Source: Candidatus Nitrospira inopinata
GTDB taxonomy: Bacteria > Nitrospirota > Nitrospiria > Nitrospirales > Nitrospiraceae
Assembly (NCBI RefSeq): GCF_001458695.1
Contig: NZ_LN885086.1
Coordinates: 2,130,001-2,162,000, forward strand
DNA length: 32,000 bases
Direction of reading: 5' to 3'
Shown here: one piece after another, positions 24,550-32,000 of the stretch
Layout: the number at the start of each line of letters is the position of its first letter
How positions within the stretch are numbered: the first letter of the stretch is position 1
The notes under the pieces: generated by a model
Databases searched by the model: none
Seen by the model: the letters and a program-made list of their open reading frames with translations, nothing else
What the model was told of the DNA's origin: nothing
Program-made: the position numbers and the translations under genes

Positions 24550-25575
24550 ATGAACGATCGTTTTTTGAGGGCCTGCCGCCGAGAGCCGGTCGACTGTACC
24601 CCGGTCTGGTTCATGCGCCAAGCCGGGCGCTATATGGCCGAGTACCGGGCGCTGCGCGCCAAGCACTCGATTCTTGAGATGTGCAGGACGCCGGAACTGG
24701 CCGCTCAAGTGACGCTCCAGCCGATCGATCGATTTCCCCTCGACGCCGCGATCATTTTCGCGGACATTCTGCTCCCCCTTGAACCGATGGGCATGGATCT
24801 GGAGTTCGCCCAAGGCGAAGGACCGGTGATTCATAATCCGATCCGCGACCGCGCGTCGGTGGATCGGCTGAAGGTCGGAGACGGAGACGGGCTGGACTAC
24901 GTGGCTGAAGCCATCAGACTGACCCGACGTGCCCTCGATGGGAAAGTGCCGTTGATCGGCTTTGCCGGCGCGCCGTTCACCTTGGCCAGTTATGCGATCG
25001 AAGGCGGCGGCTCGCGCAACTATCTCCATACCAAGCAGATGATGTACGGCGATCCCGCGTCGTGGCACAAACTGATGGACAAGTTCGCCAGGGTCATTAC
25101 AGGCTACCTTCGGCGTCAAATCAGAGCGGGCGCCCAAGCCGTTCAGCTCTTCGACAGTTGGGTGGGGTGTCTGTCTCCCGGGGATTATGAGGAATACGTG
25201 TTGCCGCACGTGCAGGTGATTTTCGAGGGGCTCAAACGGGAAGGGGTGCCGATGATCCATTTCGGGACCGGCACGACGGCGCTTCTTCGACTGATGCGCG
25301 AGGCGGGCGGCGACGTCATCGGTCTCGATTGGCGTGTCCGCCTGGATGACGGATGGGCGGCGGTGGGACACGACCGGGCCGTGCAAGGAAACTTGGATCC
25401 GCTTGTGTTGTTCGCTCCGCTCCCTGAAATTGAACGCCGGGTTGAAGACATCCTTCGGCGCGCCGGCGGACGGCCGGGCCACATCTTCAATCTCGGTCAC
25501 GGCATTCTTCCGACGACGCCGGTCGATCATGTCGCCGCGACGATCGACATGGTGCATAAGCTCAGTCAACGGTAA
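24550..25575 (+). CDS. hemE: Uroporphyrinogen decarboxylase
   Basis: MNDRFLRACRREPVDCTPVWFMRQAGRYMAEYRALR is the canonical HemE N-terminus, and FADILLPLEPMG and GNLDP are also present. Alternative starts are ATG 24541 and the track start at 24490. Confidence 0.93.
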   Translation: MNDRFLRACRREPVDCTPVWFMRQAGRYMAEYRALRAKHSILEMCRTPELAAQVTLQPIDRFPLDAAIIFADILLPLEPMGMDLEFAQGEGPVIHNPIRDRASVDRLKVGDGDGLDYVAEAIRLTRRALDGKVPLIGFAGAPFTLASYAIEGGGSRNYLHTKQMMYGDPASWHKLMDKFARVITGYLRRQIRAGAQAVQLFDSWVGCLSPGDYEEYVLPHVQVIFEGLKREGVPMIHFGTGTTALLRLMREAGGDVIGLDWRVRLDDGWAAVGHDRAVQGNLDPLVLFAPLPEIERRVEDILRRAGGRPGHIFNLGHGILPTTPVDHVAATIDMVHKLSQR

Positions 25576-25667
25576 GGACGACGGAGATCTTCGCGCGCGC
25601 CCGCCCTCTCATGCTCGCGACCTGCGCCATGTTTTGACCGCTCTCTTTCAAAGACGGGGATGGAACA

Positions 25668-26618
25668 ATGCCGGAACAGAGACGTCACGTCGCCGTGTTG
25701 CTGATGGCCATGGGGGGACCCGATTGCCTAGAAAACGTCGAGCCTTTTTTGCTGGACGTGCGGGGAGGGCGGCCGACCCTTCCCGAACTCGTCGAAGAAA
25801 TTCGGGAGCGATATCGGGCCACCGGCGGAAAGTCTCCGGCTCTCGGCATGACGCGACGTGTTGCCGAACGGTTGGAGCGGCGTTTGAATGAATCGGAAGA
25901 GGGACGGTACCGGGTGTCCGTGGGAATGCGCCACTGGCATCCGTACATCAAAGACGCCTACGCCGAGCTGCTGAAAGAAGATCCCGAACAGGTGATCGGA
26001 GTCTGTATGGCGCCGCAGCAATCGTCGCTCAGCACCGGGGCGTACAAAAGAAAGGTCGAAGAGGCAAGGGCGGCCTTGCAAAGCGCCGTGCCGGTCAGTT
26101 ACGTCGGCGCCTGGAATACGCACCCCAAGCTGATCGCGGCCATCGTCGATCACATCGAACAGGCGCTGCTCAAGTTTTCGGCCGACGAACGAGACGGTGT
26201 TCCGGTCCTCTTCACGGCGCACAGTCTGCCGGAGCGGATTGTCGCTCAGAACGATCCCTATCCCATGGAGGTCAAGGCGACGGTTGATGCCGTCACCGCC
26301 CTTTTGGGAAGGAGACCGACGACGTTCGCGTACCAGAGCCAAGGGCGATCCGACGAGCCGTGGCTGGGACCGACGGTGGAGGAAGCGCTCGACCTTCTGC
26401 ATCACACGGGACACAAGCAGGTGGTGGTGGCGCCGATCGGCTTCATCTGCGACCACGTCGAAACGCTTTATGATATCGACATTGAACTCAAGCAACGGGC
26501 ATCCGGCTTGGGAATGCGGCTGGAACGCATGCCGATGCTCAACGACCATCCGGCTTTGATCGAGGTCTTGGCCGACATCCTGATGGCGCACGACGCCACA
26601 TCCTCTCCCCAACGGTGA
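25668..26618 (+). CDS. hemH: Ferrochelatase (short soluble type, no C-terminal Cys cluster)
   Basis: VAVLLMAMGGPD, MRHWHPYI, FTAHSLPE and PIGFICDHVETLYDID are ferrochelatase motifs. The 316-aa product ends without Fe-S ligand cysteines. Confidence 0.93.
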   Translation: MPEQRRHVAVLLMAMGGPDCLENVEPFLLDVRGGRPTLPELVEEIRERYRATGGKSPALGMTRRVAERLERRLNESEEGRYRVSVGMRHWHPYIKDAYAELLKEDPEQVIGVCMAPQQSSLSTGAYKRKVEEARAALQSAVPVSYVGAWNTHPKLIAAIVDHIEQALLKFSADERDGVPVLFTAHSLPERIVAQNDPYPMEVKATVDAVTALLGRRPTTFAYQSQGRSDEPWLGPTVEEALDLLHHTGHKQVVVAPIGFICDHVETLYDIDIELKQRASGLGMRLERMPMLNDHPALIEVLADILMAHDATSSPQR

Positions 26619-28069
26619 AACGATTCCACACAGTCATCGTCGGCGGCGGCATCTCGGGATTGGCCGCCGCGTTTGCTTTGCAGGAAACGGCTTCGGCGAG
26701 GGGCCTGTCCTGCCGCTGCACGGTGCTTGAATCCGCTTCCTATTGGGGAGGAAAGATCGTCACTCACCGGATCGGCGATCTCGTCACCGAAGCCGGTCCG
26801 GATTCTTTTCTGTCCCAAAAACGAGTTGCTCTCGACCTCTGCGCCAAATTGGGTCTTGCCGATCAGGTGATCAATACCAACGAGGCGGTCAAAAAGGCCT
26901 GCGTGCTGCGGGACGGGCGGCTCTATGAATTGCCGGACGGATTGATTTCCTTTGCCCCGCGACAGTGGAAGCCCTTGTTGCGGAGCGGATTGCTCGATTG
27001 GGTCGGGCTGGCGCGAATGGGGCTGGAGACGCTGATCCCGCGCGGACCGGCGGAGGGGGACGAATCATTGGCGTCGTTCTGCCGCCGCCGCTTCGGCCGT
27101 CAAGCGTTCGAACGGGTGCTGGAGCCGCTCATGGCGGGGATCTACGCGGGGGATGCCGAGCAAATGAGCCTCAAAGCGACGTTCCCCAGATTTTGGGAGC
27201 TGGAGCAGCGGCACGGCAGCGTCATACGAGGCATGGTGGCCGCGAAGCGGGCGGCGCCGCAATCCGAGCCCGGTCGTCCGCGGCATACGATGTTCGTGAG
27301 CCTCAAGAACGGGCTCGGCGACCTCGTGTCCGCTTTGACGACTTGGTTGGAGCGGCGAGACGTGGAACTTCGGTTGGGATGCAAGGTCGAGGCGTTACGG
27401 GTGCGCTCTCATCAGCCGGGCCGCTGGATGTACGATCTGATTCTTGATGACGGATCGGCGCTTTCTTCGGAGAGTCTGATTCTCGCGACGCCGGCCTATG
27501 TCTCCGCCGACCTCTTGCGACCGCTGTCCCCGATCGCCGGAGGACTGCTCGACATGATTCCCTATGCCTCGACCGGCACCGTCGCGTTGGCGTATCCGGC
27601 CGAGCAGTTGGCCGGTGCGATCGAGGGATTCGGGTTCGTAGTTCCCCGAACCGAGGGCCGCGATCTCATTGCCGCGACCTGGACGTCGCTCAAATGGCCG
27701 CATCGCGCTCCGGCGGATCGGGTGTTGATCCGCTGTTACGTCGGCGGAATGGGTCGCGACGACGTACTGAACGTCGACGATCACGGGCTTGTGGCCAAGA
27801 TTCGAGCCGAGCTTTCAGCTCTCTGCGGGATCCGAGCGGAGCCGGTCTATGCCGAGGTGAATCGCTGGTGGAAGGCGATGCCGCAATACACGGTGGGGCA
27901 TCTTGACCGGCTCAATCAGCTTGAAGCATCGTTGAGCCGCTATCCGGGACTTGCGCTCACGGGCGCGGCCTATCGCGGGGTCGGGATTCCGGATTGCATC
28001 CGCGATGGAGCGGGGGCGGCGGAAAAGATCGCCAGAGACTTGTCGGGTGAGAGTCGTCGAGCCAGATAG
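26615..28069 (+). CDS. hemY: Protoporphyrinogen/coproporphyrinogen III oxidase (HemY/CgoX family, FAD)
   Basis: VIVGGGISGLAAAF is the FAD dinucleotide fold. The amine-oxidase-like body ends in GAAYRGVGIPDCIRDG. The GTG start overlaps the hemH TGA by 4 nt (GTGA). Confidence 0.88.
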   Translation: MKRFHTVIVGGGISGLAAAFALQETASARGLSCRCTVLESASYWGGKIVTHRIGDLVTEAGPDSFLSQKRVALDLCAKLGLADQVINTNEAVKKACVLRDGRLYELPDGLISFAPRQWKPLLRSGLLDWVGLARMGLETLIPRGPAEGDESLASFCRRRFGRQAFERVLEPLMAGIYAGDAEQMSLKATFPRFWELEQRHGSVIRGMVAAKRAAPQSEPGRPRHTMFVSLKNGLGDLVSALTTWLERRDVELRLGCKVEALRVRSHQPGRWMYDLILDDGSALSSESLILATPAYVSADLLRPLSPIAGGLLDMIPYASTGTVALAYPAEQLAGAIEGFGFVVPRTEGRDLIAATWTSLKWPHRAPADRVLIRCYVGGMGRDDVLNVDDHGLVAKIRAELSALCGIRAEPVYAEVNRWWKAMPQYTVGHLDRLNQLEASLSRYPGLALTGAAYRGVGIPDCIRDGAGAAEKIARDLSGESRRAR

Positions 28070-28100
28070 CGCCGACGGTCTCCCGTGCCGCGCGATTCGG

Positions 28101-29363
28101 TCAGCCGTACATCCATCTCCTCGTCAGCGGCAGTTCGGTCGGGCCGTCGGTCTCTTGCAGGCTGGCGAGGACTTGGTGGACATTCATCCATCCGCGGTGA
28201 AACCCCAACGACGTACCGGCCAGGTAAGCCCGCCAGATTCGCACCGTCCGTTCCCCCACGACTCGACGGGCGGCGTCCAATTGTCGTTCCAACCGTTGCG
28301 ACCAGAGCGCGAGTGTGCGGGCATAGTGCGGTCGCAGGCTCTCGACGTCATAAATTTCAAACTGTTGCGCGCCCATCTCCCGAATGATCGTATGCAGGTG
28401 GGCCAATTCATTGTTGGGGAAGACGTAGGTGTCGATGAAATCGTCGACGCCGGAGCCGACGGGACGACCGTCGACGTCGGACGACGTAAAACTGTGGTTG
28501 AGGATCAGCCCGCGATCGCGCAAGAGGCGGCGGGCGACGAGGAAATAGGTCGAAAAATTCTTGAGGCCGACGTGCTCGAACATGCCGACGCTTGCAATTT
28601 TGTCGAACGAATTCTCTCCGAACCGCGCGGGTGCGTCCCGGTAGTCCAAGAGGTGCACGTCGGCTCGGCCTTCGAGTCCGGCTTGCCGAATGCGATCCCG
28701 AGCCATCGTGAACTGATTGTCGGACAGGGTGATGCCGACGGCGTGAACTCCGTACCGTTCGGCGGCGCGGATGATCAGCCCCCCCCAGCCGCAGCCGATG
28801 TCCAGGAACCGTTCGCCGGGACTCAATCGCAGCTTGCGGCAAATATGATCCAGTTTGGCCAGTTGCGCGACGTCGATCGTTTCCTCGCCGGTTTCAAAAT
28901 AGGCGCAGGAATAGACCATCCGTTCGTCGAGCCAGAGACGGTAAAAATCGTTCCCCACGTCGTAGTGATGTTGAATGTCGGCGCGGTCTTGATGCGGCGG
29001 ATGGTCTGATGGCGTCGCCTCGACGCGCGACGTCACCGGCGCGCCGCCGGCCGCCACGAGTCGTTCGGCGGCGACAATGGCGGTCATGATGTCGCCCTCG
29101 ACGTCGATGCGTCCATCGACAAAGGCCGTGGCGAGCCCTCCGAGCGTCGGATTGGCCAGCTCGACCAACACCGTCGGATCATGAATCGACAAGACGGCTC
29201 GGGGCGCCATGCCGAGGTTCAGACGCGATCCGTCGGGAAAAACGACGTCTAACGGCTGCCCGCCTGTCGCGCGGATCTCCTCCGCCAATTGACGAATCCG
29301 ATGGGCGACGGCTTTGTCCGTAATCCAATGGGTCACCTGCGACAACAGATCTCGCTGAGACAT
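28101..29363 (-). CDS. cfa: Cyclopropane-fatty-acyl-phospholipid synthase family SAM methyltransferase
   Basis: HYDVGNDFYRLWLDERMVYSCAYF and LDIGCGWGGL (SAM motif I) are present, along with FDKIASVGMFEHVG and the C-terminal YLAGTSLGF. aggagg lies upstream of the ATG. Confidence 0.9.
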   Translation of the reverse strand: MSQRDLLSQVTHWITDKAVAHRIRQLAEEIRATGGQPLDVVFPDGSRLNLGMAPRAVLSIHDPTVLVELANPTLGGLATAFVDGRIDVEGDIMTAIVAAERLVAAGGAPVTSRVEATPSDHPPHQDRADIQHHYDVGNDFYRLWLDERMVYSCAYFETGEETIDVAQLAKLDHICRKLRLSPGERFLDIGCGWGGLIIRAAERYGVHAVGITLSDNQFTMARDRIRQAGLEGRADVHLLDYRDAPARFGENSFDKIASVGMFEHVGLKNFSTYFLVARRLLRDRGLILNHSFTSSDVDGRPVGSGVDDFIDTYVFPNNELAHLHTIIREMGAQQFEIYDVESLRPHYARTLALWSQRLERQLDAARRVVGERTVRIWRAYLAGTSLGFHRGWMNVHQVLASLQETDGPTELPLTRRWMYG

Positions 29364-29553
29364 ACGTGCCTCCTGGGTCTGTCGCTGAATCTTTCCCTCT
29401 GGAGAGTATGGACGGCTCGGCGTGCGTGATGCGATATGATCTTATCGTAAGACGGTGTCCCATGGAAATAGCGGGAAGAGCCGAGGTTGAACGACGGACG
29501 AGACGGATTACGGATTGTCGCAACGACACGACTTAATCCACGCTAGGGAAGCG

Positions 29554-30282
29554 CTAAGGAAGAATGATCGCTTGTTGAGAGTAGCCGAGTTCCAAGAGCA
29601 TGGCCTCCACCGCATCGACCATGGGAGGCGGGCCGCATAAGAAAATACATGTATCAGGTCCCGGAGGGGGCAGATGTCGGCGCAGCACGTCGGGCGTGAC
29701 ACGGCCGGTTCCCTGTGTCCATTCAGTCGGAGGATTTTCCAAGAGGTGGTGACAGTGGAAATTTGGATGTTCTCGAACGGCCCGCTCCCACTCCTGGCGG
29801 AAGATAATGTCCGCCTCCGTCTTGTTGGCGAAGATCAAAAACAGCTCGGCGTCGATTCGGTTGGCGAGAATCCAGCGGATGATGGAAATCATCGGCGTGA
29901 TGCCGGTGCCGCCCGCCACGAAGCCGATCTGTTTGGCCATGCCGTCCACCCAGTGGCCGCCGGCATTCGGTCCGCTCATTAAGACCGTGTCGCCGATGCG
30001 TTGCTCATGCAGGTATCGGGAAACAAGCCCTGTTTCGTACCGTTTGACGGTCAGATCAAAATAGCCCGTGACTCCCGGCAGAGACGACGGCGTATAGGCC
30101 CGTTTCACCGTCTTGCCGTTGAGAGTGGCGTGGACATAGAGAAAATCTCCCGGCAACATGTCCAATGTCGCGTCGGCAGGGAGTTCAAACCGAAACGTCT
30201 TGGTGTCGTGTGTATCCGGCTCAATCTGGATCAGTTTGTAGGGAACGGGTGACGCGGTCTTGATGCGAGCGATACGGTCCAT
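29554..30282 (-). CDS. FNR-like FAD/NAD(P)H oxidoreductase (cytochrome-b5-reductase-like family)
   Basis: RAYTPSS is the FAD-binding RxYT/S motif, GGTGITP is the NAD(P)H motif and CGPPPM is the C-terminal motif. The 242-aa product has no Fe-S or heme domain. Confidence 0.85.
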   Translation of the reverse strand: MDRIARIKTASPVPYKLIQIEPDTHDTKTFRFELPADATLDMLPGDFLYVHATLNGKTVKRAYTPSSLPGVTGYFDLTVKRYETGLVSRYLHEQRIGDTVLMSGPNAGGHWVDGMAKQIGFVAGGTGITPMISIIRWILANRIDAELFLIFANKTEADIIFRQEWERAVREHPNFHCHHLLENPPTEWTQGTGRVTPDVLRRHLPPPGPDTCIFLCGPPPMVDAVEAMLLELGYSQQAIILP

Positions 30283-30501
30283 ACGGGAGCGCCATCATAC
30301 GAGGTCTATCCCCTTGGCGCAATCTCAAAGTGCGGCGTTCCAACCGTTCGTCGTATTTGCGCGGCGGCTGAATAGGCTTTCTCCGTGGCGACTGCCGGTT
30401 TCGAATCCGTGTGCTTGTCGAAGGAAAGACCTCGGCCGGTCACTTGTTGCTCAGAGAGGAGAAAGAAGGCTCGGTGGAATAGCGGGAGCAGAAGGAGGGG
30501 G

Positions 30502-31401
30502 TCACCCGTCGTGGTCCGTTCTGACGTTCTCCGCCAACCGATGTTTTTCCAGGCCGGCCAGCACCGGACGAGCCGCCGCAATCCGGTGTTCGACCGCCTG
30601 AATAAGCCAGCGCCGTGCCTCGTCGGTATCGCGCTTGACGCCTCGCCCAAATGCGTACATGACTCCCAGCACGTACATGGCTTCTCCATTGCCGGCTTCC
30701 GCCAAACGGCGCAGTCCGGTGGAGGCTTTGCCGTACCAATTGACCGATTCCGGCGCGTGTTGCCCGTTCCGCTGGGCGTAAAACCGCCCGAGGCGGTATT
30801 GGGCAAAGGCATCGCCCTGTTCGGCCAAATGATGGTCGCGGGTCGCGTGCACGGTCGGAACGGAGTGGGGGACAGTGGTCGAAACCGTGGTTGGAACGGG
30901 AGTCGTCTGGGGTGAAGTCGTATCGGCCTGGCGACCGAGAATCGGCTTCTCCTCTTGCTTGGCCGTGGGGCGAACCGCGGCTTTGGGTTCGGAACCAGGA
31001 AGGCCGGCAGGGAGTTTCTGCTTGGCTTCCTGTTGAGCGATAGGTCGGTTGGCCGCGGGTTGCGGCGTGACGACCTTGTGAGATTCGAGCCGGTCTATTT
31101 TCTTTGACGGTCCGTTCAACGCGAGGTCGGTATGACGAGGAGGATCGGTTGCCGCTGCGACGTGTTGATCGGTCGGCTGCTCCGGTCGGTTGCATCTCTC
31201 GTGCGAATCGGCGGAAAAACTCAAGTCAAGATTCCGGAGACAGTCGGCGGATTGATCCGGCGAAGGGAGCCACACGTTCAGCGCGGATATGCCGCCCACC
31301 ATGGTCAGGGCAAGGAATGCCCATCGTGTCAACCGACGTTTGACGAGTTGTCGATCGCTGGGAGGGACGAGGACGAGTCCGGGATAGCCCTGTTTGGCCA
31401 T
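30502..31401 (-). CDS. Membrane-anchored Sel1-repeat (TPR-like) protein with a Pro/Thr-rich linker
   Basis: The C-terminal repeats are GDAFAQYRLGRFYAQRNG... and GNGEAMYVLGVMYAFGRGVKRDTDEARRWL. A TM segment is WAFLALTMVGGISALNVW. ATG 31401 follows ggag; the track start at 31746 adds 115 Arg/Pro-rich residues. Confidence 0.75.
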   Translation of the reverse strand: MAKQGYPGLVLVPPSDRQLVKRRLTRWAFLALTMVGGISALNVWLPSPDQSADCLRNLDLSFSADSHERCNRPEQPTDQHVAAATDPPRHTDLALNGPSKKIDRLESHKVVTPQPAANRPIAQQEAKQKLPAGLPGSEPKAAVRPTAKQEEKPILGRQADTTSPQTTPVPTTVSTTVPHSVPTVHATRDHHLAEQGDAFAQYRLGRFYAQRNGQHAPESVNWYGKASTGLRRLAEAGNGEAMYVLGVMYAFGRGVKRDTDEARRWLIQAVEHRIAAARPVLAGLEKHRLAENVRTDHDG

Positions 31402-31643
31402 ACGCGCTCCGGGAAAACTCTCGGCCAGTATACCAAGACATCGGCGGCTTGTCTCGCGATTCTTCTCGAAGGACGCTGAAGCGGCGGGGAGGGGCGAAAA
31501 CTGACCGCGCCGACAGAGTAGGGCGGAGTCCTGAACCCGTTGCCGGGGCTTGGTCGGCCGCGCCTCTTGCCCTCTTTCATCGGGAGACTCTATAAAGATT
31601 AAACATAAAGCGGCAGCATGCGTATTCCAACAGGGGAGGGCTC

Positions 31644-32000
31644 GTGCAGTCGATTGACGCCAAGTTGACCGTGGTCGCGGCCGGCGGTCCGTTTCGTGAG
31701 CCGAGGGAAGAGGTCTTGTCGTATGACTATGCGATTCAACGCTCAACGTGGCCGACCCCGCACGGGGTCCGCGCCAAAGTGTCCATACCGGATGAGCTTG
31801 CGGTGTTTAAACGGCGATTGTTGGGCGAGATCACCGGCTCTCCTGGGCAGCAATTGGTGATCAACAACGTGCTTTCCAAGAAAATCGCCGATTGGAAAAT
31901 CCGAGTCGCCGAAACGGAAGGGCTCTTGACGGAGCGGCGCGATGTCATGCTGGCGCCGTTTGTCGGATCGCTCGCCCACTTGTTTCCCAGGCTGGAAGAG
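31644..32000 (+). CDS. Hypothetical protein, 3' partial (runs off the window; absent from the ORF track)
   Basis: GTG 31644 follows ggggaggg (31633-31640). The frame is open for 119 codons to nt 32000 (VQSIDAKLTVVAAGGPFREPREEVLSYDYAIQRSTWPTPHG...) with a normal composition. It is divergent from the Sel1 gene. Confidence 0.5.
   Translation, partial: MQSIDAKLTVVAAGGPFREPREEVLSYDYAIQRSTWPTPHGVRAKVSIPDELAVFKRRLLGEITGSPGQQLVINNVLSKKIADWKIRVAETEGLLTERRDVMLAPFVGSLAHLFPRLEE

Noticed and set aside
30395-30412. ccggtttcgaatccgtg, which resembles a tRNA T-arm (GGTTCGAATCC).
   Set aside because: I tried pairing the flanks on both strands. No 5-bp T-stem, acceptor stem or anticodon arm can be formed, so it is not a tRNA or a tRNA fragment I can support.
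1-32000. CRISPR arrays, rRNA or tRNA genes, intact IS elements or integrases, and known defence-system hallmarks (RT, Cas, restriction/methylase, STAND/AAA+ or TIR-type genes).
   Set aside because: I saw no regularly spaced direct repeats, no conserved RNA signatures and no such protein motifs in any of the six frames. Short dispersed repeats such as gccgatcaaac (8968 and 9077) are compatible with chance.

Overview
GC-rich (about 60% by eye) bacterial chromosomal segment from a diderm-type organism, judged from several lipobox lipoproteins and PEP-CTERM-type sorting tags. The gene content (two-subunit biotin carboxylase, fumC, sthA) would fit a Nitrospirota-like autotroph, but taxonomy cannot be established from this window. 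Most of the window is ordinary core metabolism. On the plus strand: rlmI, fumC, an NlpC/P60 lipoprotein, an EamA transporter and a hemE-hemH-hemY heme operon. On the minus strand: an IPDC-like TPP decarboxylase, a pycA-pycB-hydrolase-tpx operon, sthA-tenA, an acyl-CoA desaturase, cfa, a b5-reductase-like FNR and a Sel1-repeat protein. I see no rRNA, tRNA, CRISPR array, intact transposase or integrase, or recognisable defence system. Four parts are not explained by housekeeping annotation. (1) An AT-rich leader is followed by two tandem paralogous secreted proteins that carry different C-terminal sorting tags (PEP-CTERM versus a PLPPA/VPLPA-like tag); both have atypical codon usage, including three consecutive TTA codons. 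(2) A roughly 1.3 kb lower-GC, gene-poor stretch (17.86-19.17 kb) contains what look like decayed gene fragments. (3) A three-gene operon encodes an FmdB zinc-ribbon protein, an orphan PstS-like binding protein and a secreted IPT/TIG protein. (4) A strongly SD-led 58-codon ORF missing from the supplied track is followed by a 30-bp perfect palindrome, upstream of the EamA gene. A PIN/VapC toxin with an atypical basic partner sits at 1.08-1.8 kb. All family calls come from motif recognition by eye; no database search was run.
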